Assembly: GCF_035084215.1 (NCBI RefSeq)
Contig: NC_090325.1
Span: 50,468,001 to 50,532,000, forward strand
Length of the DNA: 64,000 bases
Direction: 5' to 3'
From: Heptranchias perlo
Lineage: Eukaryota
The translations under genes and the position numbers were made by a program. Of the stretch, positions 37,153-50,384 are shown one piece after another (position 1 is the first letter of the stretch; every line of letters starts with the position of its first letter). The notes under the pieces were generated by a model, which saw only the letters and a list, made by a program, of their open reading frames with translations, was not told where the DNA came from and did no database searches.

Positions 37153-38948
37153 ACTTGAGGCTAAAATGGACTAATAGTTTATACTAATGTGACTGCTTCA
37201 CTCTATTGAGGTTGTCTTAACAGATGCTCAGAATGTACCAAAGAATAAATGCATTAACTTTAGTCAGTTTCTCATCCCTAAGCCATTTGGTTAGGGTGTC
37301 GCCATCTCCATTTATTACTTTTAAAAAAAAATTCTTGCCACCTGGTTATCCATAAACTGACATTTCTGTCAGATTGGGATATCCTGCACTACTACTTAGC
37401 CCTTCCAGCTGTGAGAGGAAGTCTGAGGGTAAGCCTCTGCAGGGGATACATTTATTACATGTCATCTTTGGTCCTTTGACTTCCTTTCCACAAGTCTTGT
37501 TTTTGCTCATGCCAAAAAAAAGTGGAGAAGTTTTATTAACTGACGGTCCCAAGAAAAATAACCTTTGTGTTGGTGCATCCTCCAGCTGAACAGATGTTTA
37601 GGCACCCAACTAAATTCATTAATGATGGCAGCTACTGATGTAAGCATATTGCCCCAGCTGTAACAATATGTGGAACTCCCAGGATTGCTTTGCTTGCTGT
37701 TTATAAACCGGAAAAAGCTGCCCAAACTTGTCTGACAGGAAATTGAATTTAATGACATTTTCCTGTCTCATCCTGTTGTAGGAAACTTTAGTAGTCTAAG
37801 ATACACAAAACCCACTATAGAAATACAAGAAAACTTTTAAAAAAGAATAGCTGAGATTAACTGAACTATTAGTTGTAGAGTCAGAGGATGTTTGAATGAT
37901 ACGATTTCAGTTTATAGAAAAAGATGGAAAACTCCATCCATGGCTCAATGAATAAACATATTGCATAATGTGTTATTGAGCCACACGGACCAGGAATGTC
38001 CTCAAATTTATCTCTGGTCTGTGTAGGTTTACCTAGTCTTTGCCAAGGTAGCAGTTTGCAGGGGAGACGGAGAGGGAAAGGAACCTACAGTTGACGTCGG
38101 CATTCCGGGGCAATGGAAAAAATAAAATTGACTAAGATTTCTGCTCCTGGTTGCAATTTAATGAGCCCTGGCTGAAATTGTACCCCAAATTGATTTACTT
38201 CTATCAGAAGTGGAGGGTTAAGGGGAGAATATTGTGGAAGTGGGGCAAACAAAAAGGTGCAAGTTGAAGATTGTGTCAGGAATAAATTAACCATTGTCTT
38301 AGTTTTATTTAGTTTGTGTGTACGAAAATAACTAAATATTGAACATCAATACTGTAGCTCAAAAGTACTTGAATAGAAATAACCAGATTGTCTTACGAGA
38401 GGTTAATCAAATATGAATGGACCTTAACTATTCATGAATAAAGAAATGAAGTGGAGTTACTGATGAACTGTACAATAGAATGAGTTCAGGAAGCTCAGAA
38501 TTTGGCTTGGCACTTTTAACTGTTGGTCTTTGTGTTTTTCCCCCCTTTTCAGTAAATACATTGAATAAAATAATAAACAGTAAAAATCATAATCTGTTCT
38601 AGGATAATACTGCAAGATTTGAGATTTTCATTGACTATGATACCCCCACAATCTATTAGCCGGCTAACACTCCTTGTTTAGACTTACTCATTAAGTTTGG
38701 CCACTCGGGTGAGCGTCAGATGACGGCAGGTGCTGTAGAAGTATGCCCAGTATTTTTTGGTAGCTTCAGGAGAAGAGAAAATAAATGTTGCTTGCCAGTG
38801 TCTACTTGTTTGAAGTGAGCAATGAGATAGAGATTAATGTTCTTCCTTGTGACACTGACTGGATAATTTGCAAGCACCAAAGTCAGATGAATATTATAAA
38901 TATTGGAATTTTAAAAAAGATTCTCTCTTATCTCTGTCTGTGTCTCAG

Positions 38949-39157
38949 GATTGGCTTCCAGAGAAGTAGCTCAAGCCTTAAAAGCCCTGGGCTCAGCTGC
39001 ACGTGGTGTTGCAGCCAATACTACTGATCCCCAAGCACAAAATGCGATGTTGGAGTGTGCCGGCAATGTTATGGATAAATCAAGTAATCTAATTGAAGAG
39101 GCCCGGAAAGCTATGGCAAAGCCAGGTGATCCAGAAAACCAGCAACGGCTGGCGCAG
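38949..39157 (+). CDS. TLN1: Talin-1 exon 14 (G)LASREVAQAL...NQQRLAQ
   Basis: tgtctcag / gttggt, 209 nt, phase 1/0. Confidence 0.94.
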
Positions 39158-40117
39158 GTTGGTGTGCTTAAGCAGGACTGTCTTTCACTCGTTTTTACCT
39201 GTCTTCTTCAATATAACCAGACTAGTGCTGAAACGGTGGGAAAAAAATAGAGGAACTCACATACCAGTGCATTACCAGGTTGGGATTAAGATGTATTGGT
39301 GAGGCAGAGTAGAGATGGGTATACTGTGCATCTGGAGCTACTTGATGTGGGGGTGGGGGGGAGGGGCTATTGTCACTGTGGCCATTCTCCAACACTGACA
39401 TCCCTTACCTTGATCCACAAATAAACATGTTCATCAAATTATAAATTATTGCAACCTTCTGTCCCACTTCCCTTTTGAATAATGTCTGCCTTTACAAAGT
39501 TTTTTGGTAATTACATTTGTTATCTAAGGCCATTCCTGATGCACTAATGGTCTGTTTAAATGTGAATTTTTTAAGGTCCAGCTGAATTTTGAAAAAGGCT
39601 GGTTATGCTTACCTGTTAGTGGAGTGAAATTCCTTGTTGTAAAGAGTAGGCACAGCCCAGCTGCTGCTGCTTTTTCAGAGAAACAGTTTAGCAGTGCTTT
39701 GACTTCACAAGCTTAAAACTGTCACAACTTTGGCTCCTTAAATTTGATTTGAAAAAATTAATCAATTTATCCCAAACATCAGTGAGCATGGTTTCTACAA
39801 TGAAAGTCACCTCTGGTATACTCGGGTTTAGGATTTGAATCTTGTAAGAGCTGTTACATCACTTCAATAAGTTGGATGTGTCCAATGCTGCCCAAGTGAA
39901 CAACCTTTATAAGGCTTTATTCATTTGGCGCAGAGAGAAAGCCAACATTTTTCCCCATGTTAATGTACGTTGTACAGCATGTTCATTGTATTTTATGCAG
40001 TACATCTGTGGTCCCATTTGTTCTGTATCTTTGGCATAATAATTAAATACTTCTAAAGTTAGACCACAAGAGTTATGCCTGTCTTCTCTATCTAAAGAAA
40101 TCAAGAACTAAACTTGT

Positions 40118-40900
40118 TATAGAATTATAGAAATTTATGGCACTGAAGGAGGCGATTTGGCCCATCGTGTCTGTGCTGGCTGAAAAAGAGCTAGCGTGCC
40201 TAATCCCACTTTCCAGCACTTAGTCCGTAGCCTTGTAGGTTATAACACTTCAAGTGTATATCCGAGTACTTTTTAAATGAGTTGAGGGTTTCTGCCTCTA
40301 CTACCCTTTCAGGCAGTGAGATCCAGACCCGTACCATCCTCTGGGTGAAAAAATTTCTCCTCCGCTCCCCTCTAATCCTTCTACCAATTACTTTAAATCT
40401 ATGCCCCCAGGTTATTGACCTCTCTGCTAAGGGAAATAGGTCCTTCCTGTCCACTCTATGTAGGCCCCTCATAATTTTATGCACCTCAATTAAATCTCCC
40501 CATAGCCTCCTCTGTTCCAAAGAAAACAATCCCAGCCTATCCAATCTTTCCTCATAGCTAAAATTCTCCAGTCCTGGCAACATCCTTGTAAATCTTCTCT
40601 GTAACCTCTAGTGCAATCACATCTTTCCTGTAATGTGGTAACCAGAACTGTACGCAGTACTCAAGCTGTGGCCTAACTAGTGTTTTATACCATTTTAGTA
40701 TAACCTCCCTGCTCTTATAATAAAGGAAAGTATTCCGTATGCCTTCTTAACTACCTTACCTACCTATCCTGCTACCTTCAAGCATCTGTGGACGTGCACT
40801 CCAAAGTCCCTCTTCTTCTACACCTCTCAGTATCCTCCCATTTATTGTGTATTCCCGTGCATTGTTTGCCCTCCCCAAATGCATTACCTCACACTTCTAT
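40118..40900 (-). mobile_element. CR1, 5'-truncated
   Basis: MLPGLENFSYEERLDRLGLFSLEQRRL...GKWD. Confidence 0.9.
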
Positions 40901-41169
40901 CTGATGGAATAGAAATATTCTTGTGCCTCCCCCCCAGCATGGTCGTCATATGATTTCAATGCCCAGCCAACCATGCTGTTTCTTCCTAGCAGAGAAACAC
41001 AAGTGGGCATCATGTTTACTGAGCCTGAGGGCAAAAATTCAGGTGGAGCATTGATACTTGGGGGCTTAGTGGAAGCCAGCTATGGGGAGTCAAGTAAGTT
41101 CCTATTTCCATCAGAATATGATGGGTGTGCTGTTGGGGGCGGGGTGGGGCGGGGGGAGGGGAAGAGAAA

Positions 41170-42928
41170 GAGGAGAGTGATCTATGTGCGGAACCACAAG
41201 AGATGGGTGAGATCCTAAATGAATATTTCACATCGGTATTTACGGTTGAGAAAGGCATGGATGTTAGGGAACTTGGGGAAATAAATAGTGATGTCTTGAG
41301 GAGTGTACATATTACAGAGAGGGAGGTGCTGGAAGTCTTAACGCGCATCAAGGTAGATAAATCTCCGGGACCTGATGAAATGTATCCCAGGACGTTATGG
41401 GAGGTTAGGGAGGAAATTGCAGGTCCCCTAGCAGAGATATTTGAATCATCGACAGCTACAGGTGAGGTGCCTGAAGATTGGAGGGTAGCAAATGTTGTGC
41501 CTTTGTTTAAGAAGGGCGGCAGGGAAAAGCCTGGGAACTACAGACCAGTGAGCCTGACATCTGTAGTGGGTAAGTTGTTAGAGGGTATTCTGAGAGACAG
41601 GATCTACAGGCATTTGGAGAGGCAGGGACTGATTAGGAACAGTCAGCATGGTTTTGAGAGGAAAATCATGTCTCACGAATTTGATTGAGTTTTTTTGAAG
41701 GGGTAACCAAGAAGATAGATGAGGGCTGTGCAGTAGACGTGGTCTACATGGACTTCAGCAAAGCATTTGACAAGGTACCGCATGGTAGGTTGTTACATAA
41801 GGTTAAATCTCATGGGATCCAAGGTGAGGTAGCCAATTGGATACAAAATTGGCTTGACGACAGAAGACAGAGGGTGGTTGTGGAGGGTTGTTTTTCAAAC
41901 TGGAGGCCTGTGTCCAGCGGTGTGCCTCAGGGATCGGTGCTGGGTCCGCTGTTATTTGTTATTTATATTAATGATTTGGATGAGAATTTAGGAGGCATGG
42001 TTAGTAAGTTTGCAGTTGACACCAAGATTGGTGGCATTGTGGACAGTGAAGAAGGTTATCTAGGATTGCAACGGGACCTTGATAAATTGGGCCAGTGGGC
42101 CGATGAATGGCAGATGGAGTTTAATTTAGATAAATGTGAGGTGATGCATTTTGGTAGATCGAATCGGGCCAGGACCTACTCCGTTAATGGTAGGGCGTTG
42201 GGGAGAGTTATAGAACAAAGAGATCTAGGAGTACAGGTTCATAGCTCCTTGAAAGTGGAGTCACAGGTGGATAGGGTGGTGAAGAAGGCATTCAGCATGC
42301 TTGGTTTCATTGGTCAGAACATTGAATACAGGAGTTGGGATGTCTTGTTGAAGTTGTACAGGACATTGGTGAGGCCACACTTGGAATACTGTGTACAGTT
42401 CTGGTCACCCTATTATAGAAAGGATATTATTAAACGAGAAAGAGTGCAGAAAAGATTTACTAGGATGCTACCGGGACTTGATGGTTTGACTTATAGGGAG
42501 AGGTTGGATAGACTGGGACTTTTTTCCCTGGAGAGTAGGAGGTTAAGGGGTGATCTTATAGAAGTCTATAAAATAATGAGGGGCATAGATAAGGTAGATA
42601 GTCAAAATCTTTTCCCAAAGGTAGGGGAGTCTATGACGAGGGGGCATAGATTTAAGGTGAGAGGGGAGAGATACAAAAGGGTCCAGAGGGGCAATTTTTT
42701 CACTCAAAGGGTGGTGAGTGTCTGGAACGAGCTGCCAGAGGCAGTAGTAGAGGCGGGTACAATTTTGTCTTTTAAGAAGCATTTGGACAGTTACATGGGT
42801 AAGATGGGTATAGAGGGATATGGGCCAAGTGCAGGCAATTGGGACTAGCTTAGTGGTATAAACTGGGCGACATGGACATGTTGGGCCGAAGGGCCTGTTT
42901 CCATGTTGTAACTTCTATGATTCTATGA
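41170..42928 (+). mobile_element. Recent 5'-truncated CR1 (ttctatga tail) with one frameshift and a FADD-to-FAVD change
   Basis: ORFs 41125-41688 and 41685-42848 join across a frameshift near 41655-41660; LNEYFTSVFT, KSPGPD, YMDFSKAFDKVPH, GVPQGSVLGP. Confidence 0.95.
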
Positions 42929-43483
42929 TGCATTAAATGATGCCTGATCAAGAATTCCATGTGGAAGTAACTTAGTATATTGGAATTTTTTGCTTAGATT
43001 ATAATTGTGGACAAATACATTTTGACTGGAATCAGTTATAACTTTGATCCCTTAAAGATTCAACGGTTTCTGTGAGCAGAGACCTTCGTTTGAACCCGAA
43101 GGCAGCTTATGGTGCATTGGTGCTCCCATGGTCAGGGGATGGTTTGCATGTATGATTCTTCAGACAGGTCCTTTTATATAAGGAATGAGGTAAGACTGGA
43201 GGGTGGGTCATTCCAGACTGTTCCTTTGTACTACTTGGCACAAGTCTCACCCTGAAGCAGATCATCTACCTACCATCTTGGCCTTAAATAGTGTGTGGTT
43301 GAAACTGGCCTAAACTTGACTATAAAAGTTTTAGGAACTTTGTTAGATTTTAGCCTGAATTCTAGATTTATTCCAAAACAATATTAGGCATCACACTAAG
43401 ATATTTGAATACAGTCTGTCATATTATTGTTACTGAAATAATTGGTGATATAAACTGTGTCACATCCACTTTTCTTCCCACAG

Positions 43484-43603
43484 GTGGCAAAGGCTGTATC
43501 AAATGCTCTAAACAGATGCGTGAATTGTTTGCCAGGCCAAAGAGATGTTGATGCAGCTTTAAGAACTGTCGGAGAGGCCAGCAAAAGACTACTTGCAAGC
43601 TCA
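43484..43603 (+). CDS. TLN1: Talin-1 exon 15 VAKAVSNALNRCVNCLPGQRDVD...LLASS
   Basis: cccacag / gtaagt, 120 nt. Confidence 0.95.
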
Positions 43604-44743
43604 GTAAGTAACAGAGATAACTTGTAAATTAAGGATAGTGATCCACAGTTAGATAGCATTTTAAATGTATCTATATTAGAGGGGTTGACCAAGAGAGAAG
43701 GCAGTTTCAGATCAGAGAGATAGAAACCTAAGATGTTATGAACTTGCTTCAGTGAAATGTCATTTGGCCTGTTGAGGCAATTTTTGCGTGTTACATTGAG
43801 ATCTCTATGAAGTTGGTCAACTATTTGAAGTCTGTTTCAAGGGATAGGGCCTACGGCACTCTTGTAACATTGATTCTCATGTACAGGTCATAGATTTTTT
43901 TTTTAGATATCTAGGCTTGGAAAGTAGGATGTAAACAACCTTGGGCTAAAATCTAAAAGCCCTTTCAGACTTTTAGGGCTAAATTTTCTGTCCATTCATA
44001 ATGGATGGTAAATCTAACCATCAATCTTTTAGAATTGACCTTAACTGCAATGTTTTGTTCCGATTAAATAAGAGGATTGGCAAGTAAAATCAAAACCCAT
44101 TTCTCACAACTGATTTAAAATTTACTTTATTCTAAAACTATGCATCACGTTTAAAAAAAAAAAAAAAAAAATCTACCATGGGATTGTCCACTTATTATAA
44201 TTAACCTGAGAATTGTGCATGGTTTAGACTATTTTTGAGACTGGTATCCAGGTGTACTGGTGCTCCATTGTGTACGATCAAATGATATGTTGTCAGGTCA
44301 TGCTCCTAAATCCCCACACAGCCATTCTCTGTTCTCTCAGCCAGGGATTGGGGGGAAAAATGGCATCTTTCTGCACTGGAGATGAGACAGCCCAAGCCAT
44401 TTTTTGCATGACTAGAAGAATCTAGTTATGATTCTGCATTAGTAGAAACCTAGAAGCGGGAATTTTCTCCGACTAAGTTTTGGCGTGAAGGGATCTAAAA
44501 GGGGAGAAAAACAGTGTGCTTCGTAAAATCCTAATCACTTATGCATACGTAATGTAGAAAAATTTTCTACATGTGATGTCAAAGGTGATTCTGTATTGTA
44601 ACCCCATGTGTGTGTAATGTTTTGTCCTGTGCTCAGCACAAATTGGTGTTTGGAACACACTGAATTTGAAAAAGTCTTGTTGCTTTTGTATGTTTCACGT
44701 TGAAAGAGTTTTATTATGTAATAAATATTTCCTGAATTTTTAG

Positions 44744-44941
44744 TTCCCACCAAGTTCCAAGAGTTTTCAAGAGGCTCAAGGCCAGTTAAATGAGGCAGCA
44801 GTTGGTCTGAATCAATCTGCCAATGAGTTGGTGCAATCATCTCGTGGAACTACACAAGATCTGGCCAAGGCTTCTGGCAAATTTGGCAAAGACTTCAATG
44901 AATTCCTACAGGCTGGTGTTGAAATGGCCGGACAGTCCAAG
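44744..44941 (+). CDS. TLN1: Talin-1 exon 16 FPPSSKSFQEAQ...EMAGQSK
   Basis: tttttag / gtaaga, 198 nt. Confidence 0.95.
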
Positions 44942-45999
44942 GTAAGAAAATTGTTGGGCAATGGAACAAAATATAAAACAATTTCTAGTGTGGCGGGCTA
45001 AAACTTTCAAAGAAATGTAATTTTAAAATTTCAAAACAGCACCTATTCTGATAAATTAGACTTGCTTTGGTATGTTATGCAATTTTATAATACTTTTGTG
45101 TTGAAATGCTGTGTGTTGGGTCTAGTAGCATTTCACTCCCAATGAGGCTCAAGTTCAAAACCCAGGTTCATGTACTTGGGATGGGGGAGGGAGGTGGATT
45201 TTGACTATTCTCATTATGATAGCTGTCAGGTGATTCATGGAGATTCTAAAACTATGCATCACGTTTCATGGAGATTCTACTTAGAATCTTAGATATTACA
45301 GCGCAGAATGGGCCATTGACACTTTTGCTGGTGCTAGCTTTTCAACTCGATCTATCTATTCTAAAGTCTGTTCCCCATATAACTTTTTATATTTTTCCTT
45401 TTCAAATACTTAAACAATTTCTTTCTACATTGTCATAGTGTCAATAGCTACTTGTGAAAAAGTATTCGATTTTCTAATGACCCCCTGTTTGGTAACATTT
45501 CTTCTAATTCCCCTTCATTTTTTATTTTGGTGATCTTAAGTTTATGCTCCTTGTTTCTTATTTGCCGACCAGTGGAAACAACCTTTTACACTTCAATTAG
45601 TTCCCCACAGTCTTTGCTGTTCCCGTTTTTTTTAAAAAAGCCCCAATTTTTGAGCTGTTCTTCCACTTAAACATGGTATTATTATGAAGATTTGTGCAGT
45701 TGTTGGGTGTTGGGTTTGTTACTAACACCTAACGACGCCACAAATTAAATTAGTCTATATTTCACCTTCCACATTGAGGTTGAGCCAAGCTGACACTTAA
45801 TCAGTATGGCCCTTGACTGTACAGACCAGAAAAGTCCCAGTTTCAATCTCCAGTCTGATGAGTTAGCTGAGCTTAGTAGAGGAAGCAGCATGGACCAATG
45901 CAACTAGCCTGAGCACCCCTTGCTAGGGGAAATCAGCCAAGATTCCTGCTCCTGGTCGCTGCCCATTGAGGCCTTTACATGGGTGCACATGTGAATATC

Positions 46000-46917
46000 A
46001 TAAGAACATAAGAAATAGGAACAGGAGTAGGCCATATAGCCCCTTGCGCCTGCTCCACCATTCAATAAGATCATGGCTGATCTTCTACCTCAACTCCGCT
46101 TTCCCACCCTGTCCCCATATCCTTTGATTCCCTTAGTGTCCAAAAATCTATTGATCTCAGTCTTGTATATACTCAATGACAACATCCACAGCCCTCTGGG
46201 ATAGAGAATTCCAAAGATTCACAGCCCTCTGAGTGAAGAAATTTTTCCTCATCTCTGTCCTAAGTGGCCGACCCCCTTATCTTGAGACTATGCCCCCTAG
46301 TCCTAGACTCTCCAGCCAGGGTAAACAGCCTCTCAGCATCTACCCCGTCAAGCCCTCTAAGAACTTTGTTTCAATGAGATCACCTCTTATGCTTCTAAAC
46401 TCCAGAGAATATAGGCCCATTCTACTCAATCTCTCCTCATAGGACAGCCCTCTCACCCAGGAATCAATCTAGTGAATTTTCGTTGCATCCCCCCCTAAGG
46501 CAAGAATATCCTTCCTTAGGTATGGAGACCAAAACTGTACACTGTTCTCCAGGTGTGGACTCACCAGAGCTCTATATAATTGCTGCAAGACCCTCTTTAC
46601 TCTTATATACCAATCCCCTTGTAATAAAGGCTAACATGCCAGTTGCCTCCCTAATTGCTTGCTGTACCTGCATGTTAACTTTTTTGTGATTTGTGTACAA
46701 GGACACCCAAATCCCTCTGCCTACCAACATTTCTTGGTCTCTCACCTTTTAAAAAATATTCTGTTTTTCTAATCTTCCTACTCAAGTGGATAATGTCACA
46801 TTTCCCCACATTATACTCCATCTGCTACCTTCTCGCCCACTATTTAACCTGCCTGTATTCCTTTGCAGCCTCTCCGCATTCTCTTCACAGCTTACTTTCC
46901 TACCTAGCTTTGTATCA
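46000..46917 (-). mobile_element. CR1, 5'-truncated (ttcttatg tail subfamily)
   Basis: cataagaacataagaaatagg tail on +; antisense ORF2 C-terminus. Confidence 0.9.
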
Positions 46918-47277
46918 GGTAGAACGTGACCAAGCTCTCTTCTCCCCCCACCCCCCCCACCCTTCCCCAACCACCACCAGCATTCACTGACTAGACTCAC
47001 ATGTGAAGAAAGGCTGCTTGGGTGAGGTGCCCAGTGGAATGCTGGCACCAACGTGACTAATGGCAACTTTCCAAGCTGCTGGGAGGTGACCATTGTCTAT
47101 AGAACCATACCTTAATAAAGGGTCAATGCTTTCAGGTGAGGAGGGGAGAAAATCGACAAGAGAGCAAAATTGTAAATATTTTTCAGAGGCTGTTCAGGTT
47201 CATTATTTTAAAACTCAGCAAGCAGATTTATATGGTATTTTACTTTTGGTTTTCACTTAATCTTTGTACCTCCATAG

Positions 47278-47417
47278 GATAAAGAAGACCAGGTTCAGGT
47301 GATTGGAAACCTGAAGAGCATTTCAATGGCATCCAGCAAACTGCTGCTAGCAGCCAAAGCTCTCTCTGCTGATCCAACAGCTCCCAACATCAAGAATCAA
47401 CTTGCAGCAGCTGCACG
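47278..47417 (+). CDS. TLN1: Talin-1 exon 17 DKEDQVQVIGNLK...QLAAAA(R)
   Basis: tccatag / gtgagc, 140 nt, ends phase 2. Confidence 0.95.
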
Positions 47418-48309
47418 GTGAGCATGAAAATGAGTAATTGCATATTATGTCTTGCGTTTTGCTTCCTTAAATGGACAAATCTCTGCAACCAAATGCCTTC
47501 ACTTGCCATGTTTCTTTTGCACTAATCTTACATGGTAATAGTCTTGTGTAAGCAACTATGGAACTGTCAAAGCAGATAATGCTAAAACTGCAGAAGTTGG
47601 AATAAACATAGAAACTGCTGGAAATGCAGAGAAGGTTGAACATCAATTGTCAAGTCTCATTTGTTTTCAGGCAAACTGGTTTTGAGAAGAGGAAATGGCT
47701 TGTTTCCATGAGAATAAAATAGAACAGCAGTTCATTGCAGCAGATTATTAATATGCCACAAAAGAAAACATTGCTAGCAGTGTCTCTACTTTATAACTGT
47801 GGTTAAAGAGGCACAACCTTTGCATCCTATCCAAACCATAATTCATACCTTTGAGATCTACTATTCTCTGTGAATACCTTGCATAGAGCCCTGAGTGCAA
47901 AGTGCCCCAAATAAGTTCAGAGATTAGAATTTTTTCCTCCATGGAAAAAAATTTGCTCTCTCGCCAATTTTCTCCCCTCCTCTCCTGAAGAACCTCCATT
48001 TCCCCCCCCCCCCCCCCCAAAAAAAACAAAATTACTGATTTGGGATCAGTTGACGCCTTCAAAGTGAACTTGATCGATATCTGAGTAGGCAGATTGAGGA
48101 TAATGGAGACATGAATCGCATTGTTTTGTTTAGTTCTTCTAATCATAGCGGAAGGAAGCGAGTGTTCTGTAAAATAGGAATGAACAACTGGTGGTAGGGG
48201 AGTCAGTAATGGAATAAAACACATATGGACTCTGGATGTTTATCATTTTGGACTTACTTTCTAATGAACATGCTACTCTGAATCCATACTTTTGTCACCT
48301 CCAGGCACA

Positions 48310-49085
48310 TACTTTCAACACTTGCCTCCTGTCCTCCATAACCATTGATTCAGATCAGCATGCCATGTGTTCTCACCTGCATTATGTCCTGCACTCGCAT
48401 CAACCCCTATCCTTGTTTAGCTCCAGTGGCTCATTGTCTCAACAAATTTGTTTCAGGATCTAATCCTTGGCATCAAATCCCTCCGTGGTCTCACCCCACC
48501 CTAATTCAGTGATCTCCTCCAGCTGTACACCCTCAGACATATTCTCTGCTTCTCAAACATCTGCTTATTCTTCCTTCCTTGTTTCTTCTGCTCCAGCACC
48601 ATCAGCAGCCTCTCTTTCAGTACTATACCTCTGACCTCTGGAACCCCCATCTTCTGCTTTACCCCCATCTTCTGCTTTACCCCCATCTTCTGCTTTACCC
48701 CCATCTTCTGCTTTACCCCCATCTTCTGCTTTACCCCCATCTTCTGCTTTACCCCCATCTTCTGCTTTACCCCCATCTTCTGCTTTACCCCCATCTTCTG
48801 CTTTACCCCCATCTTCTGCTTTACCCCCATCTTCTGCTTTACCCCCATCTTCTGCTTTACCCCCATCTTCTGCTTTACCCCCATCTTCTGCTTTACCCCC
48901 ATCTTCTGCTTTACCCCCATCCTACTTTCAAAGGCCCCTTAGACCCTTTTCTTTGACCTTGTGTTTTTGTTTCTTTTCTTCCCTGCCCTCCTTCAGACCT
49001 TTCCGTTCCCCTCCGTCCTTCCTGCTTGGCATGTGCTTTATCCTTTGCCCTATACAGGAGCATTATAGAAAGGCAGGTCGTTGCT
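48310..49085 (+). mobile_element. Degraded L2 3' fragment containing a minisatellite
   Basis: Resembles the L2 3' regions at 23300-23480 and 26420-26830. Confidence 0.55.
48643..48921. repeat. 18-bp minisatellite (ACCCCCATCTTCTGCTTT)x15 plus a partial unit
   Basis: 15 identical units at 48643-48912, then acccccatc. Confidence 0.97.
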
Positions 49086-49827
49086 GATGGATTTGATGGT
49101 ATAAAACTCCTGAAGGACAAAGCTCCTTTACTGATCCATATAAGGATTTGGCAGCTGATTTGCTTCTCTGGTATCAAATTCAGCATGGTGATAATGTTTG
49201 AGACACCAGACCACCTAGAACACTTTGCTTTTCTTGTCTAGGTTGTATTATATCACTGATCCTGTTGTACAACATGTACATTAACATGTCAAGCATCCTT
49301 CTTGTCCTTTACAAAAAGTAGTATCCATTTTCTAAGGCCTTCGCTTTATTCTATAATTGAAGTAATGTCCACTTACTAAACTTATAGAGTACTATAATTA
49401 TTCTAAAAATATACTTCAAATAAAATTAAGCTTTACAGTAGTGATGGATAAGAACTGATTAGTTTATAAATTAGACCAAATACATAAATCGAGGGTTTTT
49501 GGTTTGCTTGTATTATATGAAGTTACCTGGGTGCTTGGAAAAAGATTCTGTGGTCTTAAAAAGCCTAAATGTTGGTAACAAGCCATTGCAGAGACTGGAA
49601 ATGTTAATTTGTCTGTGCTTTGAAATGGATTTATCATAAAATGTGCAAGCAGAAATTTAAAAACCAGCCCAGACTGCTCATACTTCATTTTGCAAAAGGT
49701 GTAACCTGTTTAATTTGAAAATATCAGCAAAGTTTGTGATTTACTGTGTGGCTGCAGTATGAATTTTATACATGAAGTAGTGAATCAACTATGTTTTGCA
49801 TGGTGTTATTTTTTCTCTTTTTTGTAG

Positions 49828-49921
49828 GGCTGTGACTGAAAGCATCAATCAGCTGATTACTATGTGCACACAGCAGGCTCCAGGACAGAAGGAGTGTGAT
49901 AATGCTCTACGTGAGCTCGAG
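49828..49921 (+). CDS. TLN1: Talin-1 exon 18 (R)AVTESINQLITMCTQQAPGQKECDNALRELE
   Basis: ttttgtag / gtaggc, 94 nt, phase 2/0. Confidence 0.95.
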
Positions 49922-50384
49922 GTAGGCGACTAACTTCCGCCGTTCTTAGTGTTTCCTTGATTTGAACTTCTGAGGTTCCTTGGAGGATCATTTTTCTGTT
50001 TATAATTTCTGCATCATAATTTCTTAATTTACTATTTAGCATTGAAAAAATATTGAAGTGGCAAATGGGTGATATTTGTTTTACACAAGACCTGTTAAGG
50101 CCCTTTTCTCTCAAACAGAAGCTTCTTTTGGCCACTTACACACTCTGGGTATACTTTATGCCAGGAGTTTGCAGCAGGATCACAGCAGCTGGCTTACTGT
50201 GATCAGATTTAGGAATTAAATGCCTCCAACAGCTAGACTTAGATTTGTCTGAAGCTGTGAAGCAGTCAAGTTTACAAACAGCAGAAACAAAACTGCTTTA
50301 TAAAGTTTTTGTAAAGCACTTTTTAAAAAAAAAATAATGTATTTTCAGGCTTTTGCCCTCCTGCTAACGAAACTGGGATTGAAA

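Noticed and set aside
14773-37187. Three similar 77-90 aa ORFs (MGSGQEIGHEAEF...) as a small gene family
   Set aside because: They are translations of the repeated CR1 3' UTR, with different stops set by flanking sequence.
48501-48956. Repetitive ORFs (MGVKQK)n and (HLLLYP)n, or a CRISPR-like array
   Set aside because: By-products of an 18-bp tandem repeat with no spacers, in a eukaryotic intron.
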